From Candidatus Latescibacterota bacterium (GTDB lineage: Bacteria; Latescibacterota; UBA2968), in the NCBI GenBank assembly GCA_038279365.1, contig JAYODI010000038.1, positions 1 to 48,500 on the forward strand: a stretch of DNA of 48,500 nucleotides. Direction: 5' to 3'. Numbering within the stretch: position 1 is the stretch's first letter; every line of letters starts with the position of its first letter. Under the pieces are notes generated by a model. It saw only the letters and a program-made list of their open reading frames with translations, had not been told where the DNA came from and ran no database searches. Below are positions 39,729 through 48,354 of this stretch, piece by piece. Both the position numbers and the translations under genes were made by a program.

Positions 39729-40304
39729 ATGTATTGGCTGATTATGAAACCTTTATTCTACTGGGTGTTGGGTTTGTTGTTTTTTCCCATGATTGTTGGA
39801 GCAACAACGGTTAAGCCTTTTGCATTTGAAGGCCTTTGTGAAACGGCACAGTCTATTGTGCATGTCAGATGTTTGGAAAAGCAAAGCCTTACAATACCAG
39901 ATCGAGATGGTATTTTTACGCAATACCGTTTTGAGATCGTAACGCCTGTTAAAGGGGTAACGGAGAAGGAATTGGTTTTGGTGTTGCCTGGTGGGAAAGT
40001 TGATGGACATCATATGGAAGTGCTTGGCATGCCCAAGTTTATAATTGGTCAAGAAACCGTTTTGTTTTTAAGTGAAAAAGATGCCTATGGATCACCTTGG
40101 CCAGTGGGATTGGGGCAAGGGTGTTACGACATCACATTGGAAGATAATGGTGAGCGACTGGTGGTTTTTGAACGGCATCACCCAATAGATGCCGTGCACA
40201 GATCGAAACCTGCCATTCGGAATAAAGTTGCTTTGCAAACATTTATTGGAACGATTCGAGAGGTTTTGAAAATGGAAACAATTGGTGAAGACAAGGCACA
40301 ATAA
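39729..40304 (+). CDS. Exported hypothetical protein
   Basis: Signal peptide (…VGA|TT); PGG..G....V.GMPKF..GQE.VLFL...VGLGQG pattern; function unknown. Confidence 0.7.
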   Translation: MYWLIMKPLFYWVLGLLFFPMIVGATTVKPFAFEGLCETAQSIVHVRCLEKQSLTIPDRDGIFTQYRFEIVTPVKGVTEKELVLVLPGGKVDGHHMEVLGMPKFIIGQETVLFLSEKDAYGSPWPVGLGQGCYDITLEDNGERLVVFERHHPIDAVHRSKPAIRNKVALQTFIGTIREVLKMETIGEDKAQ

Positions 40305-40327
40305 TATTTTTATTTTTGGCCAACACA

Positions 40328-40376
40328 TCAAAACAAAAAGCCCTGAAGTGTCAAACTTCAGGGCTTTTTGTTTTGA
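40328..40376. terminator. Bidirectional terminator, 22-bp inverted repeat
   Basis: TCAAAACAAAAAGCCCTGAAGT-gtcaa-ACTTCAGGGCTTTTTGTTTTGA between convergent genes. Confidence 0.88.
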
Positions 40377-40387
40377 ACTATAAGGTG

Positions 40388-40759
40388 TTATTGGGGGCAA
40401 GAGATCTCGATTAAGTTACCGGAGGGATCATGTAAAAAAACATATCGGGTGCCATCGTGCGGGCGAATGCCAGGGCCAGATGCAACATGCATACGTTCTC
40501 TGTCAAGAGATGTGAGCACCCGATCAAAGTCTTCTACTTCAAAGGCGATGTGGCGTCGAGATGGCCTGGGGTGTTCTTCTGCCACAAGCAAATGAAGTTC
40601 TGTTGCGCCGCACTGATACCACAATCCTTCAAAATCATAGTTGGGACGCGCAATGGGCGTGAGCCCCAAAAATTTTTCGTAAAATGTGCGTGATTTTACA
40701 AGATCACCAACGACCAAGGTAACGTGATGTAAGCCTGTGATACCCAGTCCTTCAGACAC
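40388..40759 (-). CDS. VOC (glyoxalase/bleomycin resistance) family protein
   Basis: LHHVTLVV.DL..S..FY, RHIAFEV, FLHDPSGNLIEI; GTG start with GGAG, 4 nt after sigma gene stop. Confidence 0.9.
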   Translation of the reverse strand: MSEGLGITGLHHVTLVVGDLVKSRTFYEKFLGLTPIARPNYDFEGLWYQCGATELHLLVAEEHPRPSRRHIAFEVEDFDRVLTSLDRERMHVASGPGIRPHDGTRYVFLHDPSGNLIEISCPQ

Positions 40760-40763
40760 AATA

Positions 40764-41645
40764 TCAATTCTCCGTAAGATATGCACGTATCTTGCGCATG
40801 CGTGATGGGTGTTTGAGAGAGGTTAGGGCTTTGTCGCGAATTTGACGCACACGTTCTTTGGTGAGACTTAAGATATTGCCAATTTGTTCTAACGTCATGG
40901 TTTCGCCACTATTTATGCCAAAATAAAGACGCAACACGCGTGCCTCTCGTGGCGATAGCGATTCTAAGGCAGAGCGAACCTCATCGGCCATGGCTTGATC
41001 CAAAACCAAGGCTTCGGGGGTTTGCTGGTCTTTGTCTTCTAAGATTTCGAGTAAGCAGGTGTCTGGCCCATCATCAATGGGCATATCCAATGAAATGTGC
41101 CATCTGGATGCATCCAACAAGGTTTGCACTTGACTGGGTTGCATTTCTGCTTCTTTGGCAATTTCGTCAACGGTCGGTTCTCGACCCAACCCTTGTTTGA
41201 GGCCGGAGGCAATGCGTTCGAGTTTGCTGAGGTGTTTGATTTTGTTTACGGGCAAACGCACCATACGAGCTTTTTCTGCCAATGCAGAAAGGATTCCTTG
41301 GCGAATCCACCATACGGCATACGTGGTAAATTTGACCCCAACGGTTTCGTCATATCGTGTGGCTGCACGCACAAGGCCCATGTTGCCTTCTGCGATGAGG
41401 TCTTCAAGAGGTAAGCCTCTACCTTGGTATTCTTTGGCAATGGTGATTACAAAACGCAAATTCGATTCGATCATTTTTTCTAAGCTTTTGCGATCACCGG
41501 CTCGAATTTTTATAGCAAGCTCAACTTCTTGCTGTGGGGTAAGGAGTTCATTATAGGCAATGTCTTTAAGGTATAATTCTAAAGCTGTGCGTTTGCGATT
41601 GGCGCTGTTGGTGGTTGTGTTACGATTTACCAAGGTAGCTGGCAT
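40764..41645 (-). CDS. Second short RpoD/SigA-family sigma70 factor
   Basis: LELYLKDI, SNLRFVITIA, KFTTYAVWWIRQGI, TLEQIG..TKERVRQIRDKAL. Confidence 0.95.
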   Translation of the reverse strand: MPATLVNRNTTTNSANRKRTALELYLKDIAYNELLTPQQEVELAIKIRAGDRKSLEKMIESNLRFVITIAKEYQGRGLPLEDLIAEGNMGLVRAATRYDETVGVKFTTYAVWWIRQGILSALAEKARMVRLPVNKIKHLSKLERIASGLKQGLGREPTVDEIAKEAEMQPSQVQTLLDASRWHISLDMPIDDGPDTCLLEILEDKDQQTPEALVLDQAMADEVRSALESLSPREARVLRLYFGINSGETMTLEQIGNILSLTKERVRQIRDKALTSLKHPSRMRKIRAYLTEN

Positions 41646-41967
41646 AAGTACTCCCCCAATGACTGAGGTATCGACTCTCCCTGTCGATGTTGGGTGCGGT
41701 TTACCGATATGTGCAGACTGTCTCCAAGAAACAACGAGAGAATAGGAGATGAATTCCTGCTTTCGGCATCATATGAAAGGGGATATGCTTCGGTACTCTG
41801 GGGAATAGGGAATTTTTTTAGGGGAGTTGTGTTCGAGGTGTATATGTGATGTTGCCAATAGGGGTAAAGGCAAAACACGGTATCGAACTTTAAGGGAGTA
41901 CTTATGGGGAATAAGCGAGTGCAAAGATATGTGATTTGATCAGGGAAATCAAATGCTTTTTATTTTT

Positions 41968-42972
41968 TTATATATCCTCCTCTTCTGAGTGGTTTTGGGT
42001 CGGGGGTAAATCATATTTTTCTATCTTTCGCAGTAAGCGTGGGCGTGATATTTGTAACATGCGTGCGGTTTTATTTTTGTTCCATTGGGTCATTTTTAGA
42101 ACATGTGAGATAACCTTTTTTTCTACTTCGTCAAAGGTGACCCCTTCTTCGGGAATATCGATGACCAATTGACGGCTGTTCCAAGGTTGCTTGGCCAATG
42201 AATTTGTAGAGCGCACACTCACGGGAATCATGTCGGGAGTTAGGGTTTGTGCATCAAACATGATCATGGCCCGTTTGATGGCATTGCGCAATTCACGTAC
42301 ATTGCCCGGCCAATGATATTCGCGTAGCAACTGTTTTGATGTTTCTGATAGATGGCGTTTGCCAAGGGCATATTGTTGTGCAAATTCTTCAATAAAGTGT
42401 TCGGCCAATAAAACGACGTCTTCGCCTCGTGCGCGCAATGGGGGAAGTTCAAATTGAATTTCATTGAGTCGATAATAGAGATCTTCGCGAAACTTGGATT
42501 CGCGCATGGCCGTTTCTAAATCGACATTGGTGCTGGCAATAATACGCATGCGAACTTGTATCTCTTTTTCGCCACCTAATCGACGAAATGTTTTGTCTTC
42601 TATGGCTTTGAGCAATTTGGCTTGTAAGCCCATGCTCATATAACCGATTTCGTCTAAGAGCAGTGTGCCTCCATTGGCCAATTCAAAGAGGCCTGGTTTG
42701 GTGCGTTCTGCACCTGTATAAGCCCCTTTTTCATAACCAAATAATTCGGATTCGAGCAGATGCTCTGGGATGGCGGCACAGTTGACTTCGACAAAGAGTT
42801 CGTTGCCAGTAGAACTGTTGTCGTGGATAGCGCGGGCAATGATTTCTTTACCAGTGCCTGTTTCACCTCCAATGAGGACTGAAACATCTTTGCTTTGCAC
42901 AACACGTTCCATCAAATTGATAACCTGACGGATGGCTGGGCTGGTGCCTACTATTGCACTAAAATCGGCCAT
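41968..42972 (-). CDS. Sigma54 activator lacking an N-terminal regulatory domain (AAA+ plus HTH)
   Basis: Begins at [44 protein letters not shown], Fis-type HTH; 334 aa. Confidence 0.93.
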   Translation of the reverse strand: MADFSAIVGTSPAIRQVINLMERVVQSKDVSVLIGGETGTGKEIIARAIHDNSSTGNELFVEVNCAAIPEHLLESELFGYEKGAYTGAERTKPGLFELANGGTLLLDEIGYMSMGLQAKLLKAIEDKTFRRLGGEKEIQVRMRIIASTNVDLETAMRESKFREDLYYRLNEIQFELPPLRARGEDVVLLAEHFIEEFAQQYALGKRHLSETSKQLLREYHWPGNVRELRNAIKRAMIMFDAQTLTPDMIPVSVRSTNSLAKQPWNSRQLVIDIPEEGVTFDEVEKKVISHVLKMTQWNKNKTARMLQISRPRLLRKIEKYDLPPTQNHSEEEDI

Positions 42973-43033
42973 TGAGAGTATATGAAAGTTGTTTAATATA
43001 TGTATAAGTTACGTGGAAAGTCAGGTAGTGAAC

Positions 43034-43128
43034 AAGATAAAGAATGGTACATGGTTTGTCAATAAAGGATTGTTAAAAAAAGAACATGCACGAAGTTTCT
43101 TGACACCTTTTGATGTTGGTTCTAAATT
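43034..43128. promoter_or_regulatory. Back-to-back sigma70 promoters (activator on -, PilZ on +)
   Basis: Minus: TTGACA(43062-43057)-N17-TATCTT. Plus: TTGACA(43100-43105)-N17-TAAATT. Confidence 0.6.
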
Positions 43129-43177
43129 GTCCAATCAGTGATATGTGCATGTATTTACATGAGTTAGGGGTTGGGGT

Positions 43178-43588
43178 ATGGACTTTGACGAAGAATTAAG
43201 AAAATTTGCAAGATCGGACAGGCCTTTGCGTCAAATGCGAGAATCGGCGCGTTGGCAAATAGAAATTTGGGCAGACAATGAATGCCTTGCGGGTGAAGCA
43301 CGCGATGTGAGTCGGGGGGGATTGGGTGCCATTGTTGAGCCCGATTTGGTTTGGCAGACGCGTTTGGTTGTCGGGTATAAAGTTCGTTTGTTGTTTGTGT
43401 GGGATAATGAAGATTTGGATGATGTTGCCCCTTTTGGGGCCCGTATTATATGGATAAGAAAAAATGAAAAAATCTGGGATATTGGTTTTGAATTTTATGA
43501 CTTGGATGATCGTGCGGAAACATATATTGCACGTTATTTATTGACACGTGTTGTGACGCGGCATTTAGGGAGTAACGATCTTGCGTAA
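43178..43588 (+). CDS. Stand-alone PilZ-domain protein
   Basis: RESAR (RxxxR) and DVSRGG (DxSxxG) motifs; IIWIR...IGFEF. Confidence 0.85.
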   Translation: MDFDEELRKFARSDRPLRQMRESARWQIEIWADNECLAGEARDVSRGGLGAIVEPDLVWQTRLVVGYKVRLLFVWDNEDLDDVAPFGARIIWIRKNEKIWDIGFEFYDLDDRAETYIARYLLTRVVTRHLGSNDLA

Positions 43589-43608
43589 ATGATTCACGCA
43601 AGTATATG

Positions 43609-43639
43609 AAAAAAGCGAGGCAATGCCTCGCTTTTTTTT
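43609..43639. terminator. Bidirectional intrinsic terminator
   Basis: AAAAAAGCGAGGCA-a-TGCCTCGCTTTTTTTT. Confidence 0.88.
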
Positions 43640-43684
43640 GAAAATTTTAAAATTGATCAATAACCGTGATTTATGCATGTGGCA

Positions 43685-44221
43685 TTAAGCACCATTTGCA
43701 GTGTCCGTTGTGGGCGGGGTATCTGTATTTACGAATGAGCGTTGTCCTAAGTCGCGATCAAGTAAAAATAGGCCGTTGCCATCGTTGCCAACCAACTTAA
43801 GGTTATCGATCACCCCTTTAATGAGAGACTCTTCTTCTACTTGTTCAGATACAAACCATTGAAGAAATGCATTGGTCGCATGGTCGCGTTCGGACAAAGA
43901 TAAATCGACAATGTCATAAATTCTTTCGGAAACGATTTTTTCGTTGGCCAATGCGTCTTCAAATACATCTAAAGCAGATTCCCAGGTTTGACGTGGTTGC
44001 TTGATGTCGGAGAAGTGAATGGCACCATCTCTTTCATTCATAAAATCAAAAATCTTCATGCCGTGTAGGAGTTCTTCTTGGGCTTGTACACGCATCCAAT
44101 TGGCAAACCCATTCAAGTTTTGTTCTAGAAAATACTTAGACATGGCTAAGTAGCTGTAAGATGAATGATATTCCAAGTTAATTTGTTCGTTCAGTTTTTT
44201 TAAAATGTTGTCTTTGATCAT
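43685..44221 (-). CDS. ftnA: Non-heme ferritin (FtnA type)
   Basis: LNEQINLEY.SSY.YLAM, EELLH, ALANE, FLQWFVSEQVEEE; GAGGAG before ATG 44221. Confidence 0.93.
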   Translation of the reverse strand: MIKDNILKKLNEQINLEYHSSYSYLAMSKYFLEQNLNGFANWMRVQAQEELLHGMKIFDFMNERDGAIHFSDIKQPRQTWESALDVFEDALANEKIVSERIYDIVDLSLSERDHATNAFLQWFVSEQVEEESLIKGVIDNLKLVGNDGNGLFLLDRDLGQRSFVNTDTPPTTDTANGA

Positions 44222-44541
44222 AGGTATTTCTCCTCTCGAATTTTCATTATGTAGCACGTGTAAGTATACTTAAAATTCTTCAGAATACCAAAAGGCTTGT
44301 GTAAAATGTTGTTAATAAAAACCTTAAAATATGCCTTGTTGCTTGATTTTATATAAAGTTTGCCGTACCTTCTAATGGCCTTACCTTTTTATAAATGCTT
44401 GTTTCCTGTATGCTTTTTTTGTTGCATCTGGTCACATAATGTCTTATCAATCGTGTTCGTCGCGTCTTGGTGTTCTTAGAATCGAGATACAAAATTTTTC
44501 CACGTCACTTCTGTGACAAAACGTATGAGAGGGTTCTTGTT

Positions 44542-45027
44542 ATGATCCCCGAAAAGGTCCTAGAGGCCTTGAATGACCAACTCAACCTTGAATTTCATTC
44601 TGCGTTTCATTACTTGGCCATGGAGACGTACTTTCATGGTCTCAATTTACATGGGTTTGCCAGCTTTATGCGAGAGCAATATAAGGAGGAGCGGGGGCAC
44701 GCATTAAAAATTGTTGATTATATCAATAATCGGGGGTGCCGGGTCAAGTTGGCACAAATTGCAGAACCGCCTGCCGAGTGGGCGTCTGCGTTGGAGGCTT
44801 TTGAGGATGCATACCGACAAGAGCAACGGTCGAGTGGTGTGATTAATGATTTGGTGGATCTCGCACTTACTGAGCGTGATCATCCAACGGATATTTTCTT
44901 AAAATGGTTTATTACAAATCAGGTAGAAGAAGAAGCGATGATTAGCAGTATTGTACAGAAACTGCGTTTGGTAGGTGATGATAAGTATGGTTTGTTTTTG
45001 TTGGATCGTGATATGGGTATGAAATAA
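44542..45027 (+). CDS. Non-heme ferritin paralog
   Basis: LNDQLNLEF.SAF.YLAM, EERGH, AYRQE, FLKWFITNQVEEE. Start placed at MIPEK. Confidence 0.92.
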   Translation: MIPEKVLEALNDQLNLEFHSAFHYLAMETYFHGLNLHGFASFMREQYKEERGHALKIVDYINNRGCRVKLAQIAEPPAEWASALEAFEDAYRQEQRSSGVINDLVDLALTERDHPTDIFLKWFITNQVEEEAMISSIVQKLRLVGDDKYGLFLLDRDMGMK

Positions 45028-45052
45028 AAGAAATCCATTTTTGAGAGTATAT

Positions 45053-45089
45053 AAAAGTCGGGTGCCGATTTCATTGGCACCCGATTTTT
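45053..45089 (+). terminator. Intrinsic terminator
   Basis: TCGGGTGCC-N9-GGCACCCGA-TTTTT. Confidence 0.8.
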
Positions 45090-45723
45090 AGTTGCGGTTA
45101 GTTTTGTGGTGAGTGGCTAAGATATGATGGGGGGAAATATGCTTTTTGTTCGATATAAGACGCCTTACGAGAATGTGTCTGTGCTATTTGGGGTCTAAAG
45201 ACATCAACAGGGATGCGATGTGTTGTGGGATTGTTTTTTTGGCTTGCCGGTGTGAACCAATCTGTGAGTTGTTTTCATATCTGCACCATAAAATATGATG
45301 GCTTCAAGCAAGGTTATTGTACGGCTATCGTGTCGGTAAGCCAGGATGCCATTGACCATATTTGGGGCTATCGATGGACGTTTTAAAATTATAGCCTCCG
45401 ACTGTATTGTTGGTGGTAATATATTGGTTTTTGAGAGTGTTTAGAAAGCGCCTTTGGATTTCTCAGCGCGTTCGTGGAGGGCGGTGATGAAACGCCAAGT
45501 CAGATACTGGTCACCCCTTTTATATTTTAGGTGGCCTATTTTTTTAAGAATTTTTGTTTTGCCTTTTTATTTTTCTGGCAAATGATGGGGCAACTCTTAC
45601 AGGCTCTGCCTTTTTTTTGATATTTTTTACAACATTTGTTTTTCATATTCAACGACCCCTTAGATTGCCTTGTTGTACATTTGCATTAGATACCAAACTG
45701 GAAGGGCAAAAAAAAGAAAATGA

Positions 45724-46479
45724 TTATGATTTGCGACGCTTTCCAAATTGAATACGCCACCAAATTATGATGCCAGAAAAAGATAAAATGATAAGCCCCC
45801 AAGCGGCGATATCGTAGAGGTAAACAAACCAATCTGCAAAGAAGTAACCTGTGTGAATTTGATGGATGAGCGTATATAGGTCATTGCCTGGTTGAAAAGG
45901 TGTTCCGACTGATGCCCATGTGGTGCCACCATCACGACTGCTGATAAGCCCCCCTGATGTCCATAGATAAAGACTTTCGTTGGCACCGATGCCGATGCGT
46001 TGTAGCCGAACGCCTTTGGCCAGAGGAACAAATCCTAAAGGAATTTGCTCCCAAACAATACCGCCATCGGTTGAGCGTATGAGCCCCAAGTCTTCAAGGG
46101 CAACATAAATATGATCGGGGTTGTCGGGGGCAAAGGTGATGTCAACGGCTCGCTCGGCAGCAAAGAGCATGGGTACTTCATACCAAGATTGGCCGCCATC
46201 ATCAGATGCATATAGACCTGATCGTGTGCCGCGATATAAATGTTGTGGATCTAACGGATCAACGGCAAATGATAAGGTGTGTTCAGATGGGGCACCTAAT
46301 AAAGATGGGTGATTGAGCAAGAAACCAGAAAGGGCAAGTAAGACCACAAAGATAAGTGTGCCAACACCGATGTAACGATGCAGCTTACGACAGACTTCCA
46401 ATATGCGCCGTTTGGATTGTGGCGAAGTGGACTGTAGAGGAAAGGTTTTAAACTGTGTTTTTTGTTTTGGTGCGTTCAT
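45724..46479 (-). CDS. PepSY-associated TM-helix protein with inserted Asp-box (BNR) repeats
   Basis: RKLHRYIG..ALSGFLLNH and IHQIHTGYF..SGIIIWW helices flank three SxDGGxxW repeats. Confidence 0.82.
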   Translation of the reverse strand: MNAPKQKTQFKTFPLQSTSPQSKRRILEVCRKLHRYIGVGTLIFVVLLALSGFLLNHPSLLGAPSEHTLSFAVDPLDPQHLYRGTRSGLYASDDGGQSWYEVPMLFAAERAVDITFAPDNPDHIYVALEDLGLIRSTDGGIVWEQIPLGFVPLAKGVRLQRIGIGANESLYLWTSGGLISSRDGGTTWASVGTPFQPGNDLYTLIHQIHTGYFFADWFVYLYDIAAWGLIILSFSGIIIWWRIQFGKRRKS

Positions 46480-47042
46480 GGGGTGCTTTTTTGTAAATAG
46501 GCCACATCAATCATTGTGAGTACTTTTTTGACGCCACCATTGAGCGCACGCACAGACAAGGTGGCGCCGGTTATGCCAATGATGTCGCGGTTGAGCCGAA
46601 TGGGGCTGGTGGCTTGTTTGCCTTTGTATTGGGTTAAAAAGCGCTGGCGCTTTACTTCGCCACCGCGAGATTCTCGATAAACCATAATCCAAACGCCATC
46701 GTTTTTGCCCAGTGTATCTACTTTGACCATAAAGGTGATGGGTTTATAAAGACCGATTTGTTCAGTAATAACGGCGTAACCCAAATGTTCGTTTTTGTAG
46801 CGCGCCTGAAAAACTTCAAAATGAGGTTCTGTGACACGCCAGCCCAAACGCCGTTCTATTTGTTTGCGTTGGGCGGGGGTGGGGACAAAGGTTTCAGACC
46901 AAAGGGTATCGGCTTTGGGAAAAGCTTCTTGAAGAGCTTGTTCTTGCGTAAGATAAACGGTGGTGGCTTCGGGACCGTCTGGGCTTTGGGCCCAGACGGT
47001 TTGGGAAGTGACAAGAAAAATGATGAATAAAAAAAGAGGCAT
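46476..47042 (-). CDS. Exported FMN-binding domain protein (putatively flavinylated)
   Basis: Signal peptide; YRESRGGEV...FLTQYKGK; IIGITGATLS resembles the [S/T]GA[S/T] flavinylation motif. Confidence 0.88.
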   Translation of the reverse strand: MPLFLFIIFLVTSQTVWAQSPDGPEATTVYLTQEQALQEAFPKADTLWSETFVPTPAQRKQIERRLGWRVTEPHFEVFQARYKNEHLGYAVITEQIGLYKPITFMVKVDTLGKNDGVWIMVYRESRGGEVKRQRFLTQYKGKQATSPIRLNRDIIGITGATLSVRALNGGVKKVLTMIDVAYLQKSTP

Positions 47043-47076
47043 AGATTTAGGATCTTATATAAGGTGTGATCATGCT

Positions 47077-48183
47077 CTAAAAGTACGAGGTGATCGAAAA
47101 GAAGAAACGTCCTGCAGCATTGCTTTTGGTGCCGTTTGCGGGTGTTTTCCATGTCCAGGTATAATCGAGTTTAAATACGGCATCTTCTACTGGGCGAAAA
47201 TTTAGGCCGGTTGTGAGGCCATATTCTGAGTCGCCAGTTTGCTTGGTGTTGTAATCGACCCAATCCCACCGAAGTGCGCCTGTTAACACGGAACCTTCTA
47301 ATAATTTGTCGTGCGCAAAGTGAATATTGGTTTGGGCATAAGCGCCTTGTTGGTCACCCGCAACACCATCGGCTGTTGCATAGGCGTATTCACCCAACAC
47401 TTCAAAAACGCTGCGATTGAATTTTGCATCGAGGCCCAATATTGAAAGGCGGTTGGCTCCTGCTGCATCATACTTCCCTGTGTGAAATGATGCGCCTAAG
47501 TCGATGCCCAAACGAGGGCTAATGCCCAACCGACCGACAAGGGCTTTGTCGTTGTTGTTGTCTTGTTTCTTGCTGCCACGGCCACTGCGAATGCGCAAGC
47601 CACTGCCCGTGATCACGCCATCATTGAACCCATTGACCAAATAAAGCTCGTAGGTTCCTACTGCTTGCTCAGATGGATAAAATGTGCCAAAAAAACCCAT
47701 GCCCGATTCACTCAACGTTGAGGGCATAATTTGACGATTGACAGTTGGGCGTTCGGTGAGGTCGTTGAGTGGGCTGTCGTGGAGCAGATTGAAACGCCCC
47801 AATGGTGAGAGAATGACACCGCCGCGAAAGTTGAATGCTTCGGTCAGTTTAAAATCCATGACAGCATATTCGAGTTTGACTTCGCCATTACCAGGCACAT
47901 CACCACCGTGTTCAAATTCAATTTCTGTTGAAACGCGAACCCGATCTGAGACTTGGGAATAGATAAAGGGAATAAAACGGTGTTGATCGAATGTGCTGTT
48001 GCTGCCTTCTGCCCATTCAAATTCCATATCAATATAACCGCCAATGGCGATTCGTTTGCCCATTTCTTTGATATAAGGCTTGTCATAAATACCACCGGGT
48101 AATCCTGAGCGCGGTTCTTCGGCTTGAAGTGTTGATGCAAAAATGAAAAACAAACATAAAAAGAGATATCGAGAGCGATCCAT
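47077..48183 (-). CDS. Outer-membrane porin-like beta-barrel protein
   Basis: ATG 48183 with AGAAAGG; signal peptide ending LQA|EE; EIEFEHG...LEYA motif; amphipathic strands; C-terminal Phe (ITSYF). Confidence 0.8.
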   Translation of the reverse strand: MDRSRYLFLCLFFIFASTLQAEEPRSGLPGGIYDKPYIKEMGKRIAIGGYIDMEFEWAEGSNSTFDQHRFIPFIYSQVSDRVRVSTEIEFEHGGDVPGNGEVKLEYAVMDFKLTEAFNFRGGVILSPLGRFNLLHDSPLNDLTERPTVNRQIMPSTLSESGMGFFGTFYPSEQAVGTYELYLVNGFNDGVITGSGLRIRSGRGSKKQDNNNDKALVGRLGISPRLGIDLGASFHTGKYDAAGANRLSILGLDAKFNRSVFEVLGEYAYATADGVAGDQQGAYAQTNIHFAHDKLLEGSVLTGALRWDWVDYNTKQTGDSEYGLTTGLNFRPVEDAVFKLDYTWTWKTPANGTKSNAAGRFFFSITSYF

Positions 48184-48203
48184 CTGTGTGGCCTTTCTAT
48201 TTG

Positions 48204-48316
48204 CCCGCTTCCATTGACTTCGTTTCTGAAATCCATTATTATGGAAGCGGGTCATTTTGGGTGACTCTAAGGGTCTCACCTCGGGCTGGCAGGCTCATAT
48301 GTGGTGTAGACCCTTA
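48204..48316 (-). promoter_or_regulatory. Structured 5' leader with two stem-loops; candidate cis-regulatory RNA
   Basis: Arms 48268-48276/48308-48316 (9 bp plus CACC/GGTG) and 48204-48214/48241-48251 (11 bp) with a nested hairpin. No known riboswitch recognised. Confidence 0.45.
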
Positions 48317-48336
48317 ATTTTGTTTTATGCGACAAA

Positions 48337-48354
48337 TGTTTTATTAATAAAACA
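48337..48354. promoter_or_regulatory. Perfect 18-bp palindrome TGTTTTATTAATAAAACA, candidate operator
   Basis: Extra half-sites at 48321-48328 and 48366-48374; TTGACA on minus strand at 48393-48388. Confidence 0.5.

Noticed and set aside
41712..41726. Sigma54 site upstream of the second sigma gene (TGGAGACAGTCTGC on minus strand)
   Set aside because: Spacing is GG-N9-GC rather than the required N10.
45090..45720. 630-bp intergenic gap with short minus-strand frames (58-aa MVNGILAY...; fragment ...WRFITALHERAEKSKGAF)
   Set aside because: No recognisable motif, convincing start context or RNA gene; may be a decayed remnant but cannot be supported without a search.
7020..47962. Numerous short antisense or alternate-frame ORFs in the track
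   Set aside because: They lie within confidently assigned genes and show no independent motifs.
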